In this document: in pieces, positions 7,898-16,083 of the stretch | How positions within the stretch are numbered: position 1 is the first letter of the stretch | How the letters are laid out: the number at the start of each line of letters is the position of its first letter | Assembly: GCA_046757165.1 (NCBI GenBank) | Contig: JBHHXT010000098.1 | Coordinates: 1-17,448, forward strand | DNA length: 17,448 bases | Direction: 5' to 3' | Source of the DNA: a bacterium | GTDB taxonomy: Bacteria; Zhuqueibacterota; Zhuqueibacteria; Oceanimicrobiales; Oceanimicrobiaceae | Notes under the pieces: generated by a model | What the model was told of the DNA's origin: nothing | The model's input: only the letters and a program-made list of their open reading frames with translations | Database searches by the model: none | Program-made: the position numbers and the translations under genes

Positions 7898-8794
7898 ATG
7901 ACTCAGACCCCTTGCCAGGCTCCCGGTTGTTTCTTTGGAGCCATCGTTGAATCGAGCTTTTGTTGGCAGCACGTCGATGACAAACCGGCCTACCGCGACA
8001 AGATCGCTGAACTGGTCAGGAAAGGCACGCACTTCACCGAGGCCAGTTTTGTCAAAGTACGTTTTGGCGCGGTTGATTTGAGCGGTGGCAAGTTTTCGAA
8101 ATGCAATTTCACCGCCACTTACTTGAAATCGGCAAATCTGGCCGGCTGTGCTTTCAGAGCGTGCGACTTTCGCCGTGCGAATCTGGAGCGAGCAGATTTG
8201 TCGCACGCCACCCTTGCCTCCTGTACGCTGGAAGGCGCGTTGCTCGACCATGCCAATCTGCAGAAAACTGTTCTGACGGAATCCAATCTCGACCACGCCA
8301 ATCTTAGTTTTGCCACGCTGATACAGGCGGACTTCTCCAATATGAGCGCGCAACACGCCTGCTTCATCGGCGCGAATCTCGAGGAGGCGAGGGTCGAGCA
8401 CGGGAACTTTGCGTTCGCCAATCTCAAAGGGGCTTCGGCGGCCAAAGTACAGGGGGCGTTTTCCATCTGGGGGGGCGCCTGCCTGTATGATGCGGACTTC
8501 GAGGGCGCGGACCTCAATCGTGCCAATCTCGTCGGCACCGACGCCCGCAGAGCCAATTTCAAGCGCTGCAACCTCTATTTCATACGCCCGGGGAGCGCCA
8601 ACTTCAGTCACGCCGATTTCGGAGGCGCCAACCTGAAACGGGCGATTCTGCGCGAGGCAGACCTGACCGATGCCGACCTGAGCGGTGCAGATTTGACGGG
8701 AGCTGTGCTCGAAAGGGCGCGTCTCGCCGGTATCAAACCGGGCGACCTCGATCTATCCGGCAACAATACAAAAGGCGCGGAGTTCGACGATTAG
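7898..8794 (+). CDS. Pentapeptide repeat protein with an N-terminal Cys/His cluster
   Basis: Long run of A(D/N)(L/F)xx repeats. Start placed at ATG 7898 behind AAGGA; ATG 7847 overlapping the era stop is an alternative. N-terminal C-x4-C-x10-C-x2-H. Confidence 0.9.
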   Translation: MTQTPCQAPGCFFGAIVESSFCWQHVDDKPAYRDKIAELVRKGTHFTEASFVKVRFGAVDLSGGKFSKCNFTATYLKSANLAGCAFRACDFRRANLERADLSHATLASCTLEGALLDHANLQKTVLTESNLDHANLSFATLIQADFSNMSAQHACFIGANLEEARVEHGNFAFANLKGASAAKVQGAFSIWGGACLYDADFEGADLNRANLVGTDARRANFKRCNLYFIRPGSANFSHADFGGANLKRAILREADLTDADLSGADLTGAVLERARLAGIKPGDLDLSGNNTKGAEFDD

Positions 8795-8950
8795 CACAGC
8801 GCGACAAATGATTGGAACGCGGATTTAGCGGATACAACGGATTGATACGGATCTGATTTTGGGTGAACGACGGGAATTATGATTAAGTCCAATCCGTTCC
8901 GATCCGTCAAATCTGTTTCATCCGTGTTCCATTTTTTTCTCTTTTTCGCA
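8792..8950 (-). repeat. MITE/REP-like element, copy 3 (inverted, about 50 nt internal deletion)
   Basis: The reverse complement of 8813-8931 aligns with both arms of copy 2 but lacks the ATGTGTCGAAG..GGTT middle. Fills the whole intergenic space from stop to start. Confidence 0.85.
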
Positions 8951-10270
8951 ATGAACTCCTTCCAAACAGTCCTGGCACTGCTTTGCTTTGCGCCATTGAG
9001 CCTGTGCCTGGCGCAAGGCTCGTGGAAAGTTCTTGAAGACGCGCCGGTCGCATCTGGTCGCTTTGACGATGTCTATTTCGTCACCCCGGATTTGGGCTGG
9101 ATCGTTTCGGTGCAGGGAACGGTCTACCGGACTGATGATGGCGGCGAAACATGGGAAAGACAATTCTTCTCGCCGGGTGCTGGCTTTCGAAGTGTCGGCT
9201 TTGCGGATTCGCTCAGAGGGTGGATTGGCGCTTTGAGTGGCCCGGATTTTCTCTGGCAAACCACGGACGGTGGCACCACCTGGAGCGCTGTCCCTTCCAT
9301 TCAAGGGCCGGCGATTTCTGGAATTTGCGGGATGTGCGTGGTCAACGATTCCGTCGTCTACGGCGCCGGTCGCTTCAGCGGTCCGCCCAGGCTGATCAAA
9401 ACAACCGATGGCGGGCAGCGCTGGACGTCTCTCGATCTGAGTACCCACGCAGGGACGCTGGTCGATTGTCACTTCTTCACGCCCGACTCCGGTTTTGTCG
9501 TTGGGGGTTCACCCACTGGCCAGTTCCCCAATAGGATCAAAGCGGTGGTCCTGTTTACGGCTGACGGTGGCGCCACCTTCGAAACCATCAAAACCACCCC
9601 AAACCGGCCCACCGGCCCTCAAGGCGAATGGTGCTGGAAAATATCTTTCCCGACGCGACAGATGGGGTTTGTTTCGATCGAGCGGGTGCAGTTCAACGTC
9701 GGGGCGCAGCACATTCTGAAAACCACAGATGGCGGTCTCACCTGGGAGGAAATCGAGGTGGGTCGTGCGTTCCGGGTCCAGGCCATCGGCATGCTGACCG
9801 AATCACTCGGCTGGCTTGGCGGCGAGGAAGAAACGTTTGCAACCACCGATGGAGGCCTCACCTGGCAGCTCACGGATTTCGAGTGGGCAAACCTCAACCG
9901 GTTCCGCTTCTTCGGAGACACGCTGGGATATGCAGTGGGCCGGACGGTCTACAAATACGCCCGGGACACCCTGGCAACATCGGTAGATCCCGCGCGCCCC
10001 GTGCCTGATGGTTTTGCGCTGGAGCAAAACTATCCGAACCCCTTCAACCGGTCGACGAGTATCGGGTATCGCCTGCGGGTCGGCGGGCGAGTGGTGCTGC
10101 AGGTTTTCAATGTGTCCGGACAAGAAGTCGCCCGCCTGGTGGATACAGAGCAGACTCCTGGCCGTTACCACTTGACCTTTGAAAGCTCAGGATTGCCCAG
10201 CGGCGTTTATTACTACCGACTGAGGAGCCGTGGACGGGTCGAGACAAGGAAGCTTATCCTGCTGCGGTGA
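8951..10270 (+). CDS. YCF48-related BNR/Asp-box beta-propeller protein with a T9SS type A-like C-terminal sorting domain
   Basis: Repeated TxDGGxTW motifs; signal peptide MNSFQTVLALLCFAPLSLCLAQ; C-terminal FALEQNYPNPFN...LPSGVYYYRL...TRKLILLR. The track's start at 8879 lies inside the repeat. Confidence 0.9.
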   Translation: MNSFQTVLALLCFAPLSLCLAQGSWKVLEDAPVASGRFDDVYFVTPDLGWIVSVQGTVYRTDDGGETWERQFFSPGAGFRSVGFADSLRGWIGALSGPDFLWQTTDGGTTWSAVPSIQGPAISGICGMCVVNDSVVYGAGRFSGPPRLIKTTDGGQRWTSLDLSTHAGTLVDCHFFTPDSGFVVGGSPTGQFPNRIKAVVLFTADGGATFETIKTTPNRPTGPQGEWCWKISFPTRQMGFVSIERVQFNVGAQHILKTTDGGLTWEEIEVGRAFRVQAIGMLTESLGWLGGEEETFATTDGGLTWQLTDFEWANLNRFRFFGDTLGYAVGRTVYKYARDTLATSVDPARPVPDGFALEQNYPNPFNRSTSIGYRLRVGGRVVLQVFNVSGQEVARLVDTEQTPGRYHLTFESSGLPSGVYYYRLRSRGRVETRKLILLR

Positions 10271-10283
10271 GCGCTGTATCTCT

Positions 10284-10315
10284 TAGCCACGAATGAACAC
10301 GAATTGCCACGAATT
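10284..10315 (+). repeat. Short tandem repeat, CACGAAT x3 at 10-nt period
   Basis: CACGAAT at 10288, 10298 and 10308. Confidence 0.7.
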
Positions 10316-10558
10316 GTGTGAGTGCTTGTTCTTTCTTGTGTGACTCGGCGTCTTTACGATGAACAGGTCCAACACAGTCTCTGACTGTGTTTTGATGTCC
10401 TGGCAGGCACGCTGGCCCTCAAATACCTGCGTTGACAAAACATCCGCCGGTTTGTCGATGGCCGAACCCCGGCAACCGGATGGACCGCCGCAGGAATATC
10501 CTCCGCAGAATTGTTGTTCTAACGAGGAAGCAGGCAGACATATCCAGCAAGGAAGACC

Positions 10559-11302
10559 ATGAAACATCCCCTTTGTTTCGCTTTCTATTCCGCTTTGTTC
10601 GTCATTCTGTTGTCCTGCCAGGATTCCATCGAGCTGGTCGACCTCTCCAGTCCGGGCGAAGTCATCGAAGACCCGGAGGGAGATGACAGTGGCGATACTG
10701 GAAATGACGACCGGCGGATAATCATCACCGACCGCACCGGCAAAGAATGGGACATCACGCACGCGGTCGAGAAGTACGGCTTCGACCCTGGCGGTTTTCA
10801 GTTTGGTCTCGGGCCCGATGCCATCAAGCCGATAACAAATCCCCGCATGCTGTGCCCGGGTGACGACGGCTACCCGGAAAACGAGGATGGCTCGCTGATC
10901 ATGGGCGTGGAGCTAAATGGGTTGACGCGTGCCTACTCTCTGGCAATCATGAGCCGCCATGAGGTGGCACTGGAACAATTTGCCGGCACTGATGTCGCGG
11001 TGGCCTACTGACCGCTGGTGCGCCTGGCTGCCGTGTACAGCCGCGTCATCGACAAACAAACCCTTACCCTTGCCTCCAGTGGCTGGACTTATCGCAATAC
11101 CTTTGTGCTCTATGACCACGAAACCGAAAGCATGTGGTATCACCTGGCAGGCCAAAACGGCTTGACTTGCATCAGCGGGGCCTTTGCAGACAGAGAGTTG
11201 CGCGAATTTGAATCCACCGTTACCCGTTGGTCGAACTGGTACAGAGCGCATCCTGAGACAAAGTATCTCGACCCGCAGTCTACGGTTGCCTCTGAAAAAT
11301 GA
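10559..11302 (+). CDS. DUF3179-like lipoprotein, probable selenoprotein (UGA 11009-11011 read as Sec)
   Basis: ORFs 10559..11011 and 11018..11302 share a frame and join as DVAVAY-U-PLVRLAAVYSR. DUF3179-like motifs lie on both sides (GVELNGLTRAYSLAIMSRHEV; SGWTYRNTFVLYDHETESMW; WSNWYRAHPET). Lipobox LLSC; AGGAAG RBS. Confidence 0.8.
11017..11050 (+). promoter_or_regulatory. SECIS-like hairpin
   Basis: GGTG-CGC-CT-GGCTG-[CCGTGTA]-CAGCC-GCG-T-CATC; the G-containing apical loop begins about 20 nt after the UGA. Confidence 0.6.
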
Positions 11303-12200
11303 ACCCAATCGAATAGATCGTCCCGGCCACTGTATTCTTCCCGGCATAAATGTGCAGCACTTCGCCTTGAACCGCCCACTTGCTCGTCAATCGATAAATG
11401 AGCGAAGGGCTGATCTTGAAGATGTCCTGGTCGCCGACAATGATATTGGGTAAGGCACCGCCGCCACCCGGCAATGGCGAAACCACCGGCTGGCCCACCA
11501 GGTCCGGCGGGGCAATTGTGCTCATCAGCGCGTCCACCGTGACCTTGATGAGAAATCGCCCTGCGGTATACCCGGCCTCGGCAGTGGCCAGGAGCTGATC
11601 GTGCAATTCATTCGTGCGGTGGCGGTAGCCCACACTGCCTGTCAAGTAGGCGGGCAGAGGATACAGGCTCTTGCCCACAAGCAGGTGACCTTCAAAATCG
11701 ACAACGCCGGTGCCCAGTGGTGCGCCATCGTCCGATGGCTTCTCTTCATATCCCAATGGCAGTTTGAGTCCGCCTTGCAGGGAGAGGGCGAAAGAGCCAT
11801 TTAGCAAGGCAAACTTTCCGAGAAGACTCAAGTCCGACAGTCCAATTGTATAGAGGGTTGCAATCCTTGCCAGGGCGCCGCCACCGATAATCTCGGTGCG
11901 CCTGGAGCGGAGAACTTTGAACGGCAAGGTTCCGACGATGGTCAACCGGTCGGAGAGACCGTATTCAAAATAGGTCGAAACGCTGAAATCTCGAAATGAG
12001 GTCTCCTCATAGATGATTCTTTCCTGGAAGATATCGAGGCGGTCCCCGTTGTGGTCAAATTCCTGTGTCGAATGGAGATAAGCTGAGGATAGTTTGAAGT
12101 ACAGGCCATGTTTGTGTTGCGGCCAGGCGCCGGCGCCTGCCCGCTCTGCTAGCAGCAGGAGCGCGGCCGAAGAAATAAGCAGTGAGATTCGCCGATTCAT
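11280..12200 (-). CDS. Putative outer-membrane beta-barrel protein
   Basis: 306 aa; signal peptide ending AGA-GAW; alternating amphipathic strands (STYFEYGLSDRLTIVGTLPF, ALSLQGGLKLPLGY, AYLTGSVGYRHR, YSIGFIF). Its 3' end overlaps the DUF3179 gene by 23 nt. Confidence 0.75.
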   Translation of the reverse strand: MNRRISLLISSAALLLLAERAGAGAWPQHKHGLYFKLSSAYLHSTQEFDHNGDRLDIFQERIIYEETSFRDFSVSTYFEYGLSDRLTIVGTLPFKVLRSRRTEIIGGGALARIATLYTIGLSDLSLLGKFALLNGSFALSLQGGLKLPLGYEEKPSDDGAPLGTGVVDFEGHLLVGKSLYPLPAYLTGSVGYRHRTNELHDQLLATAEAGYTAGRFLIKVTVDALMSTIAPPDLVGQPVVSPLPGGGGALPNIIVGDQDIFKISPSLIYRLTSKWAVQGEVLHIYAGKNTVAGTIYSIGFIFQRQP

Positions 12201-12315
12201 TGTGACCGTTGGAGAGAAGCTTCAAGCGCAAGGGAATTAACCTAACGTAACCCTGGCGTTCCGAAAAATATTCCCGTGTGGCAGTCACTCAGGTGGGCCC
12301 GCTGCCAAAATTCAC

Positions 12316-12344
12316 TTGCATTTGGCAAGCGGCAGGAGTATCTT
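12316..12344 (+). promoter_or_regulatory. Possible sigma70 promoter of the deaminase gene
   Basis: TTGCAT-17 nt-TATCTT, ending 9 nt before ATG 12354. Confidence 0.45.
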
Positions 12345-12353
12345 CTCAGTTCG

Positions 12354-12956
12354 ATGGAACTCTCGATCACAATCAACCTGCCTGAATGGCTGGCACAAAC
12401 CGCCGCTCAGCAGGCGGAGACAATCTTTGCCTGTGCTGAAGACAAAATGCGCCTGGCTATCGCCCTTGCGAGACGCAACGTCCAGGAGAAAACAGGCGGA
12501 CCGTTCGGCGCCGCTATATTTGATGAGCGAAGCAACAGGCTGGTGTCGCTTGCAGTCAATGCGGTGGTGTCGGAAAATTTATCCGTCGCACATGCAGAAA
12601 CCCTGGCGACGATCCTGGCCCAGCGCAAGTTGGGCACCTACGACCTGGCACAAAACCCTGAGACACGGTATGCCCTCTATAGCAGCGGCCAGCCGTGCAT
12701 CATGTGCTTTGGGGTCACCTGGTGGAGCGGCATTACAAAACTCGTCTGTGCTGCCCGCAGCGAGGACATCGAAGAAATCGTTGGGTTCAAGGAAGGGCCC
12801 CTGCCAGAAGCGTGGGTAAGCCAACTACAAAACCGCCGGGGTCTGCCGGCCATCGAAGTCGTTCAAGACCTGCTGCGTGAGGAGGTGTGCGAGGTGCTGC
12901 GCCTGTATGCAGCTTCCGGACAGCCGGTTTATAATGCCGGTAAGAAAAGAAGGTAG
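12354..12956 (+). CDS. Nucleoside/guanine deaminase (cytidine/deoxycytidylate deaminase family)
   Basis: GGPFGAAI plus the Zn motifs HAE and PCIMC. Start taken at ATG 12354 rather than GTG 12276. Confidence 0.9.
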   Translation: MELSITINLPEWLAQTAAQQAETIFACAEDKMRLAIALARRNVQEKTGGPFGAAIFDERSNRLVSLAVNAVVSENLSVAHAETLATILAQRKLGTYDLAQNPETRYALYSSGQPCIMCFGVTWWSGITKLVCAARSEDIEEIVGFKEGPLPEAWVSQLQNRRGLPAIEVVQDLLREEVCEVLRLYAASGQPVYNAGKKRR

Positions 12957-13013
12957 TGCTTGACTAAAGTGCCTGGCACCTTGCACCTTGGGTTTTGGCG
13001 GTCAAAGATTTGG

Positions 13014-13042
13014 TTGATTTTTTTTTGCAAATTTCATACGAT
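13014..13042 (+). promoter_or_regulatory. Sigma70-like promoter of the fatty-acid cluster
   Basis: TTGATT-17 nt-TACGAT, about 45 nt upstream of ATG 13086. Confidence 0.55.
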
Positions 13043-13085
13043 TGGTTTCCGACCCCGGATACGGCCATGAAGAAGAGAAGAATGC

Positions 13086-14033
13086 ATGACGAGGTTTGAT
13101 TCGAAATACTGGGCCCTGATTTTGGGCGGCTCGAGTGGATTCGGGCTGGCAACGGCAAAGAAACTGAGCCGTCACGGCATGAATCTTTGCCTCGTTCATC
13201 GCGACCGCCGGGGCGCGATGAAACGCATCGAGCCTGAATTCGAGGAGCTGCGACAAACCGGCGTCCAGGTTCTGACGTACAACGTCAATGCTTTGACTCA
13301 TGAGGGCGTGGCGGAGGTTTTGGATGGCCTGCAGCAAACCATGGCAGACTCCGACTCGGTGCGCATGCTGCTTCATTCTATCGCCTATGGCAATCTGAAA
13401 CTGCTCTCGCCAACCCATCCGGCCGGCCTGGAGAGCCACCGACACCTGATCGGCAAACTGGGACAGGAGCTTGGCATTGCGCCAGATTCGCTGCAGGCGG
13501 CTTTTGATAAGCTGTTCGATGAAGGCAGCGAAGCGCTTGCGGGCATTGCCTCGCCGCCGCGCTACAACAGCGAAGACCTGCTGCAGGATGAAGATTTCGC
13601 GCTCACGATCTACAGCATGGGCAGCAGCCTGGCAACCTGGGTGCAGGAGGTTTTCAAACGGAACATGTTTGCCGAAGACGCGCGCGTCCTCGGTCTGACC
13701 AGTGAAGGCAATGAGGTGGCCTGGAGAGGATATGCCGCCGTGTCCGCCGCCAAGGTGGCGTTGGAGGCCATTGCCCGCGCCATTGCCGTCGAGTATGCGC
13801 CCTATGGCATCCGCGCCAACATCATTCAAGCGGGCGTCACCGACACGGCAGCGCTGCGCCTGATACCGGGCAACCAGCATCTCAAAGCTGCCGCGAAATT
13901 GCGCAACCCGTTCAATCGCATCACGACGCCAGAGGATGTTGCCAATTTTATCTATCTCATGTGTCTGGATGAAGCCGCCTGGGCCAACGGAAATATTATT
14001 CGCGTCGATGGCGGTGAGCATATTGGTGGGTAG
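13086..14033 (+). CDS. SDR oxidoreductase, probable enoyl-ACP reductase (FabL/FabI type)
   Basis: ALILGGSSGFG Rossmann motif, Y-x6-K (YAAVSAAK), YGIRANIIQAGVTDT and NGNIIRVDGG; at 315 aa it is long for the family. Confidence 0.85.
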   Translation: MTRFDSKYWALILGGSSGFGLATAKKLSRHGMNLCLVHRDRRGAMKRIEPEFEELRQTGVQVLTYNVNALTHEGVAEVLDGLQQTMADSDSVRMLLHSIAYGNLKLLSPTHPAGLESHRHLIGKLGQELGIAPDSLQAAFDKLFDEGSEALAGIASPPRYNSEDLLQDEDFALTIYSMGSSLATWVQEVFKRNMFAEDARVLGLTSEGNEVAWRGYAAVSAAKVALEAIARAIAVEYAPYGIRANIIQAGVTDTAALRLIPGNQHLKAAAKLRNPFNRITTPEDVANFIYLMCLDEAAWANGNIIRVDGGEHIGG

Positions 14034-14034
14034 T

Positions 14035-15030
14035 ATGATGTACATTCACGGCCTGGGTCACTTCCATCCCGACAATGTCCTGGACAACCAGTTCCTGGAA
14101 GATCTCGATATCGGCACCAACGACGAATGGATCCTGGAACGCGTCGGCATCCGCACGCGCCGTACCGTTCTGCCGCTTGATTATATCAAGGAGACCCGCA
14201 ACCAGGACACCCGGGCCGCCATCGAGGTTTCTGAATACAGCAACGCACGTACCGGCAAGGTCGCCGCCCAACGGGCGCTGGAGCATGCGGGCATTACGGC
14301 GAAGGACATCGGCATGGTCATCGCCGGCGGCTGCTCCCCTGACACGGTCACGCCGGCCGAAGCCTGTACTGTCGCCTGCGAGCTCGGTATCGAAGCTCAG
14401 GCCTTCGATTTGAATTCTGCTTGTTCAAGCTTTGGTACACAAATTCATTTTCTCTCGCAAATGAATCCGGACGCCTTGCCAGATTTTGTGCTGCTCGTTT
14501 CACCCGAAAACAACACCAGAACGGTCAATTACAACGACAGAAACACCGCCGTGCTCTGGGGCGACGGCACCAGCGCAGCCGTCGTCTCGACGCGTGTTCC
14601 GGCCAGGGCGAAGATCGGGTTCAGTACTTTGACTTCCAGCCCAAAAGGGTGGGACAAAGTGGTGATTCCACGCCTGGGGCACTTTTCTCAGGAAGGAAAG
14701 ACCGTGCAAACCTTTGCCATAAAACGCACCGTCAAGTGCTTTCGGGAGATTGAACAGAAGACCGCCGGCCAATGCGAGCGGTTGTTGTTTATCGGCCACC
14801 AGGCAAATTTGTGCATGCTCGAATCGGTTTGTGAAAGATGCCACATCCAACCGGAAAACCATTTTTACAACGTCGACACCTTTGGCAATACCGGCGCCGC
14901 CGGAGCGCCCACTGTCCTCAGTCAAAACTGGCAGACCTTTCGGCCGGGTGACGTCGTCGCCCTGATCGTTGTCGGGGCAGGACTCACCTGGTCGAGCATG
15001 ACGATCGAGTTTGGGAACCATGACCTATAA
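14035..15030 (+). CDS. fabH: Beta-ketoacyl-ACP synthase III-like protein
   Basis: WILERVGIRTRR, catalytic Cys in FDLNSACSSF, WGDG, HQAN, GNTGAA and GAGLTW. ATG 14035 lies 1 nt after the SDR stop. Confidence 0.88.
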   Translation: MMYIHGLGHFHPDNVLDNQFLEDLDIGTNDEWILERVGIRTRRTVLPLDYIKETRNQDTRAAIEVSEYSNARTGKVAAQRALEHAGITAKDIGMVIAGGCSPDTVTPAEACTVACELGIEAQAFDLNSACSSFGTQIHFLSQMNPDALPDFVLLVSPENNTRTVNYNDRNTAVLWGDGTSAAVVSTRVPARAKIGFSTLTSSPKGWDKVVIPRLGHFSQEGKTVQTFAIKRTVKCFREIEQKTAGQCERLLFIGHQANLCMLESVCERCHIQPENHFYNVDTFGNTGAAGAPTVLSQNWQTFRPGDVVALIVVGAGLTWSSMTIEFGNHDL

Positions 15031-15622
15031 AGAATTTCTTGCGCGCGACCATTTTTCCAAGCAGGAGCTGCTGGCGCTCGCCTACGGCACGCTGGTGAGC
15101 GATCCACCGGCTGAATTCAGCCGGCTGCCGACGCCGCCGATGCTCATGTTCGACCGGGTGCTCGAGCTTGAAAAATATGGCGCAAAGGGCACAAAAGGAA
15201 AAATGGTCGCGGAAAAAGATGTCCAGCTCGACGATTGGTTCTTTCAGTGCCACTTTGACGGCGATCCGGTGCAGCCCGGATGTCTCGGCGTCGACACCAT
15301 CTGGCAATTGCTCGGCTTGTACTGCATTTGCTGTGGCAGTGAAGGGCGTGGCCGGGCCTTGGGGTGCAAAGAAGTTTTTTTCGATGGGCAGATTCGACCG
15401 CACAATCGTCTGGTCCGGTATGAAATCGACGTCAGGAGATATACGGTTTTGCAGGGCGGCAAATCTTCAATCGTCATCGGATCGGGGAACGTCCTGGTGG
15501 ACGGCGAGCTGATCTACACCATCAAAGACGCGAAGGTGGGCATCTTTACCGGCATCGCTTATCCGGACTATCCATTGCCGTCAAAAAACTCAGTCGGCGG
15601 CATGATGAAAAGGGAAGGATGA
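15020..15622 (+). CDS. fabA: 3-hydroxyacyl-ACP dehydratase/isomerase, FabA type
   Basis: LPTPPMLMFDRV, WFFQCHFDGDPVQPGCLGVDTIWQLLG (His plus the FabA-type Asp), GRGRALG and DGELIY. Confidence 0.88.
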   Translation: MTYKEFLARDHFSKQELLALAYGTLVSDPPAEFSRLPTPPMLMFDRVLELEKYGAKGTKGKMVAEKDVQLDDWFFQCHFDGDPVQPGCLGVDTIWQLLGLYCICCGSEGRGRALGCKEVFFDGQIRPHNRLVRYEIDVRRYTVLQGGKSSIVIGSGNVLVDGELIYTIKDAKVGIFTGIAYPDYPLPSKNSVGGMMKREG

Positions 15623-16083
15623 AGCCACTCACAAAAGACCAAATCTTAGACCTGATCCCGCAGCAAAGCCCGTTTCGGTTTATCGATGAAATCCTCGAGG
15701 TCAACGAAGAGTCGATCGTGTCCACGTACACCTTCCGGGATGACGAAACATTTTATGCCGGTCATTTTCCCGGCAACCCGATCACACCGGGAGTGATCTT
15801 GCTCGAAACTCTGGCGCAAACGGGAGTCGTCGCTTTTGGCATCTACCTCGCCTCCCTGCAATTCACCCAGGATGAAATCAAACGTTTCCTGACCGTCTTT
15901 ACAGAAGCCAACGTCGAGTTTACCGGGTTCGTGCGGCCGGGGGATCGCGTCACGATTCGGGCAAAAAAAATCTATTTTCGCCGTATGAAACTCAAGTCCG
16001 AAGGCGAGCTCATGCTGGCCGACGGCAAGGTTGTCTGCAGCGGCACCATCGCAGGAATGGGAGTGAACGTCAATGAAAAATAG
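15619..16083 (+). CDS. fabZ: 3-hydroxyacyl-ACP dehydratase, FabZ family
   Basis: IPQQSPFRFIDEI and FYAGHFPGNPITPGVILLETLAQ (His/Glu); ATGA overlap with fabA. Confidence 0.85.
   Translation: MKPLTKDQILDLIPQQSPFRFIDEILEVNEESIVSTYTFRDDETFYAGHFPGNPITPGVILLETLAQTGVVAFGIYLASLQFTQDEIKRFLTVFTEANVEFTGFVRPGDRVTIRAKKIYFRRMKLKSEGELMLADGKVVCSGTIAGMGVNVNEK

Noticed and set aside
8879..8950. N-terminal extension of the beta-propeller ORF
   Set aside because: Encoded by repeat copy 3; the signal peptide starts at ATG 8951.
10359..10562. 67-aa ORF and TTGACA at 10432
   Set aside because: No RBS or recognisable motifs, and no credible -10 at the right spacing.
11018..11302. Independent 94-aa gene, or a DUF3179 pseudogene
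   Set aside because: In frame with the upstream ORF across a single TGA at the Cys-equivalent position with a SECIS-like hairpin; Sec read-through explains it better.
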